Source: Callorhinchus milii
Taxonomy: Eukaryota
Assembly (NCBI RefSeq): GCF_018977255.1
Contig: NW_024704743.1
Location: forward strand, 63,924,001 to 63,988,000
Length of the DNA: 64,000 bases
Reading direction: 5' to 3'
Shown here: piece after piece, positions 50,155 to 63,040 of the stretch
Numbering within the stretch: the stretch's first letter is position 1
How the letters are laid out: each line of letters starts with the position of its first letter
The notes under the pieces: model-generated
What the model was told of the DNA's origin: nothing
The model's input: only the letters and a program-made list of their open reading frames with translations
Database searches by the model: none
Position numbers and translations under genes: made by a program

Positions 50155-51925
50155 TTACTAGCTGTACCTGTTGCAGCTACGCTCGCAACCAAAGGATCCA
50201 ATATAGAATGTAGATTTCAGTAATACCACTCACAAACCATTTACAACAACAAGATTACATTTGTATAACGCCCACAGCATGGAAACAGCCCTGGTTAAAG
50301 TAACTAGTGACATTCTGAACATCTGTGATCAGGGCTCCCTCTGCCTCCTTGTCCTCCTCGACCTCTCTGCTGCCTTCGACACTGTCGACCACTCCATCTT
50401 CATGCACTGCCTCTCCTCCTTACTTAATCTTCGCGGACCTGCCCTTGTCTGGTTCGATTCCTATTTCTCTCACCGTCTCCACTTTGTTGCCTCTAACGGT
50501 TTCTCCTCCAGCCCCCTCACGGTCATGTCTGGGGTCCCCCAGGGCTCTGTCCTTGGCCCTCTCCTCTTTAATATCTACGTGCTCCCCCTTGGTGACATCA
50601 TCCGCAGACATGGGGTCAACTTCCATATGTTTGCGGATGACACCCAACTCTATGTTTCTGCCTCCACCCTCAACTCCAGGACCACTGCTGTCCTGACAGA
50701 CTGTCTGTCGGACATCAAGTCCTGGATGAGGGCAAATTTCCTACAGTTGAATGTGAACAAGACTGAGGCCCTCCTGATTGGCTCGGGCCAGCGCCTCAGC
50801 ACCTCAGGCTCTGGCAACATCAACCTCCATGGTTGCACACTTCAACTCACCAGCCAGTCAGGGACCTGGTGTCTTGTTCGACGCTCAACTGTTTTTACTT
50901 CCCCACACCCAAGCCATGACCCACTCTGCCTTCCCTCACCTCCGTAACATTGCCCGACTCCGCCACTACCTCACCCCTCAGGCCGCTGAAACTCTTGTTC
51001 ATGCCTTCATCACCTCCAGGCTCGACTATGCAAATGCCCTATTTATCGGCCTTCCCAACTCCTCCCTCCACAGGCTGCAGATAATCCAGAACTCTGTAGC
51101 CTGTGACCTCTCCCGCACCAAACTCCGTGACACCATCTCCCCCATTCTCGCCCGATTCCATTGGCTCCCTATCTTTCAGAGGATCCAGTTCAAGATCCTG
51201 GTCCTCACCTACAAAGCCCCCCACGGCCTCGTCTCACCCTACCTCTGTGACCTCCTAATCCCCTATCAACCCGCCCGCTCCCTCTGCTCAGCCAACTCTG
51301 GCCTGCTTCACGTTCCCTGACCACCCACCCCACCATTGGCGGGAGAGCCTTCAGCCACTCTGCCCCCAACCTCTGGAATGTCATCCCGCAATCACTCTGC
51401 CTTGCCCCCTCCTTAGCCTCCTTCAAGTCCTGCCTCAAGACCCTCCTCTTCGACTATGTAATCGGCCACCCCCCTTCCCCTCCCCTCCCTTCTCCCCCTC
51501 TGACCCCAGCTCGGGTCTGAAATGCTGTACACTGTCCAGCGCCTTGGGACGTTCTCCCGACGTGAAAGGCGCTATACAAATGTAATCTTCTTCTTGTTGT
51601 TCACGTCGGGAGGATGTCCCATTTAACATGCCTTAAACACTGTTTAAGCAAAACTGTTATACATGTGTGATGAGCTTATTTAGGTCATAGCTCATGAATG
51701 ATAGGAGATCCCCCCCCAGAAAATATGCCCATGACGCTCCCCCATGCAAGACCTCTCCGACGATGTATAAATCATATCTCTATGTCATGTCTTCTTGGCA
51801 GACAGATTCACAGACATTTCGTCTTTATTAGTATACTAGCTGTATCCATTGCAGTTTCGCTTGCAACCAAAGGATCCAATATGGAATGTAGATTGACACA
51901 CGGACAGACATTTAATCGTTAGCTA
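50155..51925 (+). mobile_element. Putative non-autonomous Helitron/Helentron-like element in tandem, first copy split by L2
   Basis: TACTAGCTGTA...GCAACCAAAGGATCCAATAT.GAATGTAGATT is repeated at ~50156 and ~51834, with CAGACAGA-type ends. Confidence 0.45.
50268..51600 (+). mobile_element. L2-clade LINE, 5'-truncated, RT domain to 3' tail (frameshifted)
   Basis: HSMETALVKV, LLDLSAAFDTVDH, SGVPQGSVLGPLLF, FADDTQLY, LQLNVNKTE, SRLDYANAL and HWLPI. Confidence 0.96.
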
Positions 51926-52189
51926 TACTCATCTGGGAGGACTTCTATGGGAGAACTCCTTTTGGGAGGATTCAGTGGGAGGACTCAGTGCTTCTGCAGG
52001 TGTAACTGCAGAACATACGTAGGTGCGCTGTGATGCATGATGCCACAGCACCACTTTGGGTTTAACTGCGGCAAAACTAAACAATAACTAATGAACGATA
52101 GCAGGAATCGGCTTGATAAAGTGTGTCAATCCATGTTGATTGTAGTATATCCCGCTTTCCTTGAGTTCAGTGCTGGTAACTAGTCCATT

Positions 52190-53336
52190 CTCTCTTCACC
52201 AAAATCTCTGGTTCTTTATACCTTTCTGGTCACATACCAGTCTGTTCAATGTGTTGTTACAAACACCAGCTGTAAACCAAGGACAAACTTTATCAAAATT
52301 CCAACAGTTTGTTTCAAACAAGTCTTTGTCTGCTCATGATGATGTTGAAGAAAACTTCATTCTGTAAACAAGTTTCCAATGTCTTTGGCCTTCATGCACT
52401 CGTAGTTTTCCTGAAGCAAACAAATCCATCAGTCTCCCCGATTTTCCTTTTGTCAACTCAAGTAACTCAGAATTCTGGGACTGTTACACGAGGGAGGGAA
52501 CCGGCCTACACTGACCTGTTGCTAAGCCCCCTAGAGGCAGAGTCGGCTTCACAGCGGGTACGTCTATTTGCCAAAGTCCCTCACATGAGCACCCAGATAA
52601 GCACCTGCGGCTTAACCTCCAGACTTCCAACTGATGGAACCATGGCCAATGGGAAGGGATGTGTGCCCGAGCTGTGGACAGGAAGATGGTGGCAATGCTC
52701 TCACGCATTTCATGCTGAGCTGTGTTACCACCGTGAAGCTCACAGGGATTTCCTGATATCTATCACACTTGTTGGCTGGCGAAAGCGGGGTCTCCTTGGA
52801 GCTGAATTAGCCGCCAAGATGATGTTTTTAGCAACGGAATGCCAGAATCGAGCCAGCCCTCTGTAGTGGTCTCAGTCGTCCGGTTCCTGAGCCAGGTGGG
52901 TCCGCAGGGCACTGTTGATAAACAGCACTGCCAGCCTGGCTCATTGGCAGGATTTGGGGCAGGGAATCCTTCCACTCAACTCCTGTGAACTACAAGTGAA
53001 CTACAAGTGAAAGCCCTAATAGGTAGGATCGTCCTAGTTGGACAAGCAGCAGGAAAGTTAGGCAAGCTATGCGGTTTTAGCTGGTTAGACTCCAACAGTA
53101 TCCCATTGCACATTCTGGGGTCTCCAAACCTTGGCTCTTGCCAACCTGTGCCTCATACATTCTGGAATTAGCTAAGCAAGATTCATCCCTCCAGGGAGAG
53201 AATGTGCATTCCATTACAATAAACATCTCTGTAATTTCCATGTGTTAGTGGGGATTCTCAGTTTGGTGTGGATACTCTTAAGCATGGTGATGGGTTTCCG
53301 CATGTGTCTGATACCTGGCTGACCAAACAAAAAAAA
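52190..53336 (+). mobile_element. 3' end of a non-LTR retrotransposon with a C-terminal CCHC motif (RTE-X-like; clade uncertain)
   Basis: CPSCGQEDGGNALTHFMLSC at 52664-52723, ending CTGACCAAACAAAAAAAA. Homologous copies at 6.9-7.9 kb and 37.4-38.0 kb. Confidence 0.65.
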
Positions 53337-53964
53337 TTGTAATCCTCTGGAACCATGTTGCATCTTGTGCCTTATTTTGTTCAGCCTCTTTCCAATAAGT
53401 GAGTCAATCTAACTTTGTTGCTGGCATTACCGAAGTTATTGCCGAACACCTTACTATTGTCTCATAAATGGGTAATACCTACCACTGGCATTTCTCTGGG
53501 GCCAATTTATATTAGAATCCATAACCCCTACAACTAATGCTAGCTTTAACTCTAGTATTCAACTGGGATTTGTTGACTCCTTGTACCAAACTTTACCACA
53601 GATGTCTTGTAGTCCTGATGCTCACCTATCATTATTCTGCTTTTGAAAATGTTTATTAAGTTCTTTTACTACTGCAAGCCATTTCCAGATGAATGACCAT
53701 CACCTATTTTACATTAATCTACCAATTTTAACTAATTGGATGAACCCACTAAGAAATACTGTAGGTAGAATTATTACCTATGAAAACCCTAAATTGAGAA
53801 CTGAGTATCCCCCAATGCAATCATTCTACTCTTCAAATAACCTGCTGAATAAACTCTGTCCAGTTCAGTAAGTACTTCCCCTATCTAATTTCTGTACAAC
53901 TTGTCCAACAAGTTCACGTCAATGATTATATAGATCTTAGCTAACTAGTCTACTGCAACACATG

Positions 53965-54290
53965 TCATTGAGACATCTCAAAGCGCTTCACAGAAAATAC
54001 TGTAAAGCAAATTGACTGTATATTTTGATAGAGAAACGCGGCAGCCAATTGTGCAGAGCAGTGTCCCACATACAGTTGCGGATTGAGTGACCACATTTTT
54101 TTCAAGCGATTATAAGCCCTGGAAAGCAATCCACCAATTGACTAACAACCAGGTTCCTACTTACTGCGAGAGTTAACAGGGGTGTGCGGAGTAAGGAAGC
54201 GTGCCTAAAGTTTGGCCCTGCCCGGGAATTGAACCCGGGTTCTCTCACTTGCGAGGTAAGTGCTCTNAAAAATACACTATGGAACTCCAC
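53965..54290 (-). mobile_element. tRNA-derived SINE, long subfamily; contains an assembly N at 54267
   Basis: Head, central segment and core. Sequence next to the N departs from the consensus. Confidence 0.85.
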
Positions 54291-54614
54291 AATTCCACAA
54301 ACAACATTGCCTGAGTTGAACTACATGAATTCTCTTTAATCTACTTTACTCAGAACTTTAGTTAAAACTTGCTATTTTTTGTTCAGATCATAATATACTT
54401 CAGAAAACATAATATAACATTTTTAATGTTGTGACGTCTCAAAGTGCTTGTGTGCTTTGCAGCATAAGATGGTGTAGAACAAGAAGAAGCCACTCAGTCA
54501 ATCTAACTTGCTTCTTCCATAACTAATCAAAACATCCTTTCGTGATTTTTTTAATATAGTTATTGAGTGGAAAAGATCTCTACAGATACTCCCTGTTTCA
54601 CAGAGTAATCAAGG

Positions 54615-55550
54615 AAGTAGAACTTAACATATCTAAATTCATGGACGATACAAAGATAGGTGGGAGAGTAAGCTGTGAGAATGCAAAGGGAAATAGACAG
54701 GCTAGGTGACTGGGCAAGAAGGTGGCAGATGGAGTATAACGTAGGGAAGTGTGAAGTTATTCACCTAGGTAGTAAAAATAGAAAAGCGGATTATTTTCTA
54801 GAGGGGCAGAGACTAGGTAGTGTTACTGTTCAGAGAGATTTGAGTGTCCTTATACACCAGTCACAAAAGTTAGTATGCAGGTACAGCAAGCAACTAGGAA
54901 GCCTAACGCCTTGTTGGCGTTCATTGCAAAAGGGTTAGAGTGCAAGAGTAGGGAAGTCTTGCTGCAGTTGTATAGGGCTTTGGTGAGACCGCACCTAGAA
55001 CTGTGTGCAGTTTTGGTCTCCTTATTTAAAAAAGGACATACTCGCCTTAGCGGGGGGCAGCGTAGATTCACTAGGTTGGTTTCTGGGATGAGGGGTTTGA
55101 CCTACGAGGAGAGGTTGAATAAACTAGACCTATATTCTCTAGAATATAGAAGAATTAGAGGTGATCTTATAGAAACCTATAAGATACTTAAGGGTCTTGA
55201 CAGGTAGATGCTGTGAGACTGTTTTCCCTGGTTGGAGAATCTAAAACTAGGGGTCATAGTCTCAAGATTAATGGACAGCCTTTTTGAACTGAGTTGAGGA
55301 AACATTTCTTCACTCAGTGGATAGTGAATTTGTGGAATTCTCTACCCCAGAAGGCTGTGGATGCTCAGTCCTTGAACATATTCAAGACTGAGATTGATAG
55401 ATTTCTAAAGGATAGAGGGATTAAGGAATAAGGGGATAGGGCGGGTAAATGAAATTAGGTTAGAAGATCAGTCATGATCTTATTAAATGGCGGGGCAGGC
55501 TTGAGGGGCCGAATGGCCTAAGCCTGTTCTTACATTTTATGGTCTTGTGG
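54615..55550 (+). mobile_element. CR1-clade LINE 3' fragment with 3' UTR
   Basis: SKFMDDTK, WARRWQMEYNVGKCEVIH, LYRALVRPHLE, RRIRGDLIETYKILKG and the tail GAGGGGCCGAATGGCCT. Confidence 0.93.
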
Positions 55551-56889
55551 TCTTAAGCTGAAACTCCATATTTATCCATCAACTATATCTCCACCACTAC
55601 GATGATACCACTGTATTACACTGACATACCAGCATGTGAAAGTTATACAAATAATAATTCTTACATTTGATATAGCGCTTTTCACGTCTTCTAGATGACA
55701 TAGTATTATGAAAAAGTGATTTATAAAACAGAAATAGCAATGTTACAGACAAGATGGGAACAAATGGTCTTGTTCTGGACTGAAATTTGTGTAATTTATC
55801 TTGTTATCTAATATGTTTGAATCTATCTCAATTATAATTATAATCCACAAATACACAGTTATTTGCCATTCTTGGGTTTGGTGTGGCTGTCTGTGGGAAT
55901 ACAGGTTGTGGAAGCATTGGTCATTTTAGTTGCAGCTGTGGCAGGTTGTCAAAAGCTGCCACTTGGTGGTGCAAAGGAAGTACACAGTAAACTCTTGATA
56001 ACTCATCACAAGAAGGGAGGAGGGCGCAATGATGAGTTATCCAGAGTGGGGCGTTAGGTATACGTATTAATACATAAATAAATGCAGCAGGGATATTGAT
56101 AGCATGACGACTTAAGAGGAAGTGACAAGGTAAGCCTGGGTCGAGTTATCTGCAGTTTACTGTATAGATCTCTGCAGAAATTGTTCGATGCTTTTAAAAT
56201 ATACAAATATGTACTACTGTACATATTTTAAACAATTTACTACCTGGTACTGCATCAGTGAACAATAGATTGCAGACTAACGTACCTTGGTTTAAGAACA
56301 ACTTTGTTTAATATGTACATTTTCCGTTTTATTTCAGTTGCATGCATGCGTACTCATGCGGTTGGTCAAGTACAGTCCAGATGTTTTCAGTGATGTATGT
56401 GAGACCAGGTGAATTACTCTTGTATCGGTTGGAGAGATTTAGATTTCATCACTACAGAGAGTTAGCCCCTATCTTATCACCGTGACAGTGATGAGATCCC
56501 ACTGTTATTAGGATGTTAGTAAATTGCTCCCTGTGTTAACTTTCCAATGCAGTGGAGTATTTTGTGTTATTTTCGTGACATGTGCATTAGCCATCCTACT
56601 GCTACTTTTGCCAGTGATTTGAGTGCGCTGTGCTGTGACCACGAAGGCGAGTTTAACCTCCTATGTTATTATTTACTCGGAAAGAAAGGGGGATGTCAGG
56701 CAGCCTCTAGTGTGTTGTTTTTTTTAACTAAAAATGAACTGGGGGAGAATGAGTGTGAACTGCTAAGGTCTTTGCTGTGAGGCTGGGGCGAGTGAGTGTG
56801 TGTTGTTGTGGTTATTATTGTTGTTGTTGCTGTCATTACCAGGGCTTTGAGTCGGGAGTCCCTGCGGGGGGTCTTCATCACGTCGATCC

Positions 56890-57155
56890 CGGGGCGTGTA
56901 CCCTCCGCTCCACCATCGGAGGTCGCGCTTTCAGCCACTATGCCCGAAAATGTGGAACACTCTCTCAATCCCTCCACCTTGCCCCCTCTCTCCCCTTTTT
57001 TAAGTCCCGCCTGAAAACCTTCCTCTTTGTCCGCGCTTACAGCCACCTCCCCCGCCCGGCTCGGAGTCGGGCTCCGCCACTGTTAAGCGCTCTGAGACGC
57101 TACGCTGCTCGGAGGGGGGGGTGGGAACGGTACAACTGTAAGTTGTTGTTGTTGC
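56890..57155 (+). mobile_element. L2 LINE 3' fragment (type-B tail)
   Basis: GGRAFSHYA and FKSRLKTFLF, similar to the 39.0 kb copy. Confidence 0.85.
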
Positions 57156-57196
57156 TGTGCACACGGTCCCGCGTCGCTCCTCTTCTTCTCATCATT

Positions 57197-57520
57197 GTGG
57201 AGTCCTGTAGCTCAGTGGTTGGAGCACTCGCTTTGTAAGTGAGAGACCTGAGTTCAATTCCAGGCAGAGGGCGAAACCTTGGGCAAGTTTCCTTACTCCA
57301 CACAGCCTAATAATAATCCCTCCAAAACAAAACAATAATAAATTGGTCATTTTCAATCCACGACTGTTTGTGGGACATTGCTGTGCGCAATTGGCTGCCG
57401 CGTTCGCCCACAAATATACAGTCAATTCACTTTACAGTGTGTTCTGTGAAGCGCTTTGGGACGTCCTCCTGACGTGAAAAGCGCTATATCAAATGCAAGG
57501 ATTATTATTATTATTATTAT
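57197..57520 (+). mobile_element. tRNA-derived SINE, full-length young copy abutting the second CpG island
   Basis: A and B boxes, core, tail and (ATT)n. Confidence 0.93.
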
Positions 57521-57529
57521 CGTAAGCGA

Positions 57530-58300
57530 ACGGCAAAAGGGAGCAGAGCCGGACTGCACAGACCGGGACTGCACAGACCACCGCGGGCTTCACTGGCTGA
57601 GATAAGGACCGGGGTGGCCGCCAATTAAAACACGTTTGGCGTCCAAAGGCCACCACAAACCAGCTCAAAAGTAGCCCAATATTACTGCTACGGGTAGCAC
57701 TGGCAGAGCGGCCAATGTAGGTCAGTTGCTTTTGAAACTGTGTATCAAAGGGTCTTCAAAGGGAATCTGCAGCTTCAAATGTTCAAACATTGAAAAAGTA
57801 AGCAGCCGCCCAAAGACAGAGTGCCACAAAAACCCGCCCAACCGGGCGTGAAGCCGCCCAACCTGACCAGCATTACCCCGGAGCCGTGCCGGCGCGCATG
57901 CAGCCCTGGGTGCGGGGCGTGGCCTGCAAGGCGCGAGGCGAGGCCGTTGGTGCTCGGCGGTTTGGCGGTGATTTGGTGGGTGGGGAAAGGATTCCGAGCG
58001 CGCGCGCGCGGAATCCTTCCGCCAATGACAGCGCGAGAGAGAGAGAGAGAGAAAAAGAGTGCGGGACACGTTGGAGAGCGCGTGCGCGAGGCCAACGAGC
58101 AGCCGGAGCAAAGAGTGAAGCGGAGAAAGAGACCGGTTCACTCACGCACACTTTTCCTCCACATCGCATCTCTGTAATATATCCACATATATTATTACAC
58201 ATCGAAAGAAACGCGCAGTCTTGAAGTGGAAAGCAGAAGTTGGCCGTAGGACACCCGACAGAGAAGAAAGAAGGAAAGGAAGACAGGAAAGAAAAGAAAG
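57530..58300 (+). promoter_or_regulatory. Second CpG-island promoter (CCAAT-rich) of an unidentified plus-strand gene
   Basis: CpG-rich. CCAAT at 57621, 57676, 57712 and 58022, NRF1-like GCGCATGC near 57894, and a CG-run palindrome at 57987-58018. Confidence 0.75.
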
Positions 58301-58630
58301 GAAAGGAAAGAGCACGAGCGACACAGACGAGACAGAGAGGACCCGACTCGCCTTGTAACGGTCGTTTTTTTTAAAAAAAAACCACCACCACCACCACCAA
58401 AAAAAAATAAGGAGAGAGAAAGAGAGAGAGAGAGAGAAAAAAAAGGGAACGAAAGATTTGTGTGTATCTGTGCAATTACTGACTTCCACCCTTTATTAAA
58501 ATTCCCTGATTTTTCCCCTCCTCGCTTCCCTTCAGTCCGAACCCTGTCTTGTATATAATCACATCTCCGCACCCTTCTCTCTGACCCTCTACGTTACATC
58601 CCCAAAAACCCTCCTCTGTATACCGTCCAG
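58050..58630 (+). other. Probable non-coding first exon (5' UTR) of an unidentified gene; start approximate
   Basis: Follows the CpG/CCAAT promoter. No ATG seen from ~58030 to 58630. Ends at a perfect donor CAG|GTGAGT (58630/58631) and is followed by AT-rich, repeat-poor intron-like DNA. Confidence 0.6.
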
Positions 58631-61600
58631 GTGAGTTTTTGTCTTTTCATCACTTCCTTTTTTTTGGGAGAACCGTGTAAGAGTGTGCGTGCGTGCGTGT
58701 GTGTTTTCTTTTCATATATATATATATATTTTTTTTAAAAAAAAGGCTGTGGTTGTGTTCCCTTCTTTCCGAATAAGTGGCAGCTTTATTCTTTTCCTTC
58801 GTGCAGCCTCAGCATCATCCAGAGAGATCTGTGCCTCTGCCTCTAACCCACCCGCCCGCCTGCCTCGCCTCGCCTCATCATCCAGGGGGAGGGGTTGGGG
58901 TGGGGGGTGTGGGGTGGGGGGGGGTCTGCAGGTTAGAGACCGAGAGACCGAGAGAGAGAGAAAGTGGGAGAGTTACAGGCTTTAGTAAATTGCAACTTTT
59001 TGCAATGGTTGGGAAAAAAAAGTGGGGTGTTTGCAGAGGAAGGGAAGGGTGAGAGAGAGAGAGCAAAAGAAAAAAAAGAGGTGTCGATACTGGGCAGCTA
59101 GAATGGGAGGAAAGGGTGGGGAGAGTTAGGATTCGACTGCGCGCTGGAAATGGTGCAAGTTCATAAAATTTTCAACGGTAGAGTAATCTTGTGCGGGCTG
59201 AGTGCTTCAGTTTTATTCGCCGCTTTTTATTTTACCCCAAAGAAAGGTGCTTGACTTGTTGTTAAACTAAAGGGAAATTTCCACGCAAGAGAAAGAGCTT
59301 TGTTAGGCTGTCACAAGTTTTGTTCTGTAAATGGGAAAATATCAGATGCATCTGCTTCAAGTGACCGTTTAAAGCCGGGTTGCTTTTTAAGGATATTCTA
59401 AGTTGCCAAGAAGCATTGACTAGAAGCCTTTTACTGAATTTTCTACATTATCATATAGCATAATGTAGAAATATAATCGGTAGCATTTTCAATCAACTGA
59501 TATTGCACGAAACATTATGTTTTAATTGCAATATTCTGTTTAATTGATTTATATTTTTCATTTAGATAGATGCATTGTTACTTCCAGTTTAACTATTAGA
59601 ATGACATAACTGTGTATAATTTGAAGGAATAATGTAACTGAAACATTTCTTGTACCAAGATGCTGTAGGTTCATTAAAGCTGAACACTGTATAAGTTTAC
59701 TTAGAGTAGGTTACCAGGAAAGATGCTGAACATTATTCTAATCTAAATAGGGGAGTCCTAATGTTCTTAAATACTCAAACTGATTTAAAAATAATTATAC
59801 TAGTATTACTACTGCTCGGTGATATAGCTTGTATTTAAAGCCTTACCATTGCTTATTTTGTTTTAGTCAGATCAAGTGAAACTAAGGGATATGATGACAT
59901 GGATATGCAACATTGTTTTTTCTGCCAATTTCTTCATCTTTAGGGTGGTCCTTGATGCATACACATTTAATGGATCTTATTTAATATAAATCCTCATGGA
60001 GATGTTTGCTACAAAATAAATGTGTACATTAGAACACCCCCTCATCCTAAACAAATGTACATCTTAAATTAATCAGTTAATAATGCAGCTCTACAAATTT
60101 TGCATTTATAACAATTTAAAAAAAAGGTGTATAGGAGGGGCATTCAATCCACACTATTAACTTAACACAGCATTTTACTATTAAATATATTCTGGTGAAG
60201 TAAGTTAATATTTTTCATGTAGTGTCTTCGGTGATTCTGGATCTGTAAAGGACTGCATCATCTTAATGCAGCTTTGCTTTCAGCAGTACTTTAATAATTG
60301 ATGTGGCTACCTTCAGACCTAATAGAGACCAGGGTGATTGGCTGCCAAAACTGAAATCTGGTGGCAGTGTAATAACTGTACAGGAATAGACTATTGCATC
60401 CATCTGTTGCTAGGTTGGGTGCTAATTAGGAAGGATGCCTAGGGTGTTCATCTCATAAAGACTAGAAAAACAGAGATTGTATGATGTGTCATAACCTTGT
60501 GGTGCCTATAGATTCGCCTGAGATGTTACTTTTCTGGTAGGAAGGTGTAAACAACTCTAAATGGTTAACACAACATTATTTAAAATATGCAAATAGATAC
60601 TCTTAATTAGTGTGAAGAGATCTTACTGAACAGAAGTAATGTATTGTCGCTAAATGATCACAATATTGAAATTTATCTAGGACACACTTTTTAATTTGTT
60701 TTCAAATAACATTTCTACTTTTTTGATTGGTGTGGTACAAGTATGCAGCAACTATAAATTAATATAACTTGATAACAGTGTATTTGTAGTTACAATAAAA
60801 CAACTTGCAATAGACTATAGTACTAAACAATAAGACTTCAATTAAACAGTCAGTATGCATAAGCTAATTGTTTTTTATAGTCTTGCACAAATGCTCAATC
60901 TCAAATTGTGTGAGTGAAAATGTGCCTGCATACTGACATTGCAACCAAATCCACATTAACTTGCTGTTTTGCATGAATATAAAAACACCAAGCAGAGCAT
61001 TTTCCATCCCTTGGGGTGCTGTCTTTCTTTACATTAGAAAAAAAATCATGGCTTTAATATTTTTGGTTTGTTTTAATAAGATAGCAAAAATAGTTTTAAA
61101 ATAAATTTATTGTACAACACTGAGGTAAAACATATGTTTGCTCACCATGATATGTCCATGTGGTGCTAACTGATGGATGAAAGCAAAGCCGTCTTAAAAT
61201 TCAAATAGATTGTCACCTAAATATTTTGCTGATCTATAATACTCAATTTTATAGGAAATGTACAAATGCAGTAATGTTTTGTCCAAAATAACATATATTT
61301 TGTTTTTAATTAACTTTTTTAAATTAAAATGTGATAAATGCAGCTGCATATCCTCTTTTTGACTTGCAAATGTGATCCTTTTCAATTCAAGTCCATTTTG
61401 GTGCATCTGAAATGTTAAATAGAAGTGAGCAAAAATTACATTACGTAGCAGTGTTTTCGCCCTAGAAGACCAAGTAACAAGCTTGCCTCCATAAGGAGTT
61501 CTTTGAACATTTTAGCATTAAGCTGATTCTCCATTCATAGAATTTGGTAATCATCGATACTCTGCTTCATATATATTTTCTCTTCTATAAATGTGTGTAA

Positions 61601-63040
61601 TATTGAGAAAGTGCAATTGGAAGTCTAGGAGAGTCAATGGAGAGTAAGATGGCTAGCAATTTCTTTTTCCTGAGTGGAATTTCCCTGTGGAATTGTAGAG
61701 TAGGCTTAGATGACATGCTGTAGTTCTGTCAGGCTGAATGTTTTATAAAGGTGCTTCTGAGGCTGAGGGAAATTATTGTTCTTTCCTTTGGCTGCAATTT
61801 TCTCTTTCCCTGATGCCATTACCATCTGGATTGAGTTCTGTCCTGCCATCCATTAGCCACTAATGCTCCATTAGTGTGGGCTGGCTGAATTTGATTCCCC
61901 CCATTGTATGATTCTAGTTCCCATGGCATGTGTTATACAACCAGCCTAGTCTCCCCATGGCCCTCTCATTCACCCTTAATGTACTCACCTACCCTGTCCA
62001 CTTTTTCTAATCAATACTCTCAGTTGCCACATTAATCCAACCAAGGCATAAAGACAAAAGGAGTTCAAGATATGAAAGATTGAACAACCTGACTGCTGCA
62101 GGAATGGAAGCAGACTGTTGAGGGAACTGAAGGCTTGATATCCAGAATGGATCTACCAACAGAACTGTAAACCCAATATATTCATTTATATTTGGATGTA
62201 TCTTTGAAAGTGGAAAGGTGATTATCAACAGAAAGTAAAACGGGCCATCTGGTGTTGTAATCCTGTATACTGAAGAACACGAAACCTCAAGCTCACATGG
62301 TGTAAGATTTCTGAAGCTATAATTGTTCTATATAATAATATTACAATTCAAGATTGAAATTGCTTGCTGATGATTCTGAAAAATGCAGCAATTAGCAAAG
62401 GGATTAATATAGTTTGTGGAAAGATGGCATAAAGAAGACTGGATTTGTTTGAATGCTGATGGATCGTTATGGTTTGAACATCGCTTCAGAAGAATGCTTA
62501 CTTTTCCTCAGATCTGAAATTTTGAAGAAACATCGGCACTGTCAGTTGACAGAAAATGTCTATTTGTTTATGTGTATCTACTTTAGGCAATGTTGATTTG
62601 AACCTTCTCCATTCTGAAGCAGGTGTGCATTGTGGTGGAAGACTTTGCAGCTGCCTTTCTGTAACTGGATGGTTTGCATTGTTAAAATCTTTCTTTCAGA
62701 ATGTCAGTTCATTGCGCTATGTACAACAAAAGGCCAGCTCCCCAGGGATAAGGAGACAAAAGAACAGATGGTGCAATCCTTCAACAGTTCCCAAATTGTG
62801 AAGTTTGCTATTACAGATTAACAAACATAAATGCAAAATTAGAGATTTATGTACATAGCACTCACATGTCAGGCAAATCAATAAAACATTTGCTAGTTGT
62901 ACGAAAAAGGAATTTTATAAATTTGATGTGTTCATTAATTTATGGACTTAGATACAAGATTCCCATTATTTTGAATGGAAAAACGGCTGATGTACATACG
63001 CATACGTTGTGATGTTTTGTTGGTCACTGTAAGTAATTTG

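Noticed and set aside
51933..51990. Short GGGAGGA-type tandem repeat, and similar small duplications at 44080, 52985 and 57549
   Set aside because: Ordinary slippage duplications with no further support.
52309..52866. 185-aa ORF as a host gene
   Set aside because: It lies within a dispersed repeat, and the informative motif is in another frame.
54260..54290. Variant SINE head
   Set aside because: Adjacent to an N at 54267, so likely an assembly junction.
57197..57270. tRNA-Ala-like genes at SINE heads (also 17543, 24770, 27460, 42293)
   Set aside because: No proper acceptor stem or terminator, and each continues into a SINE body.
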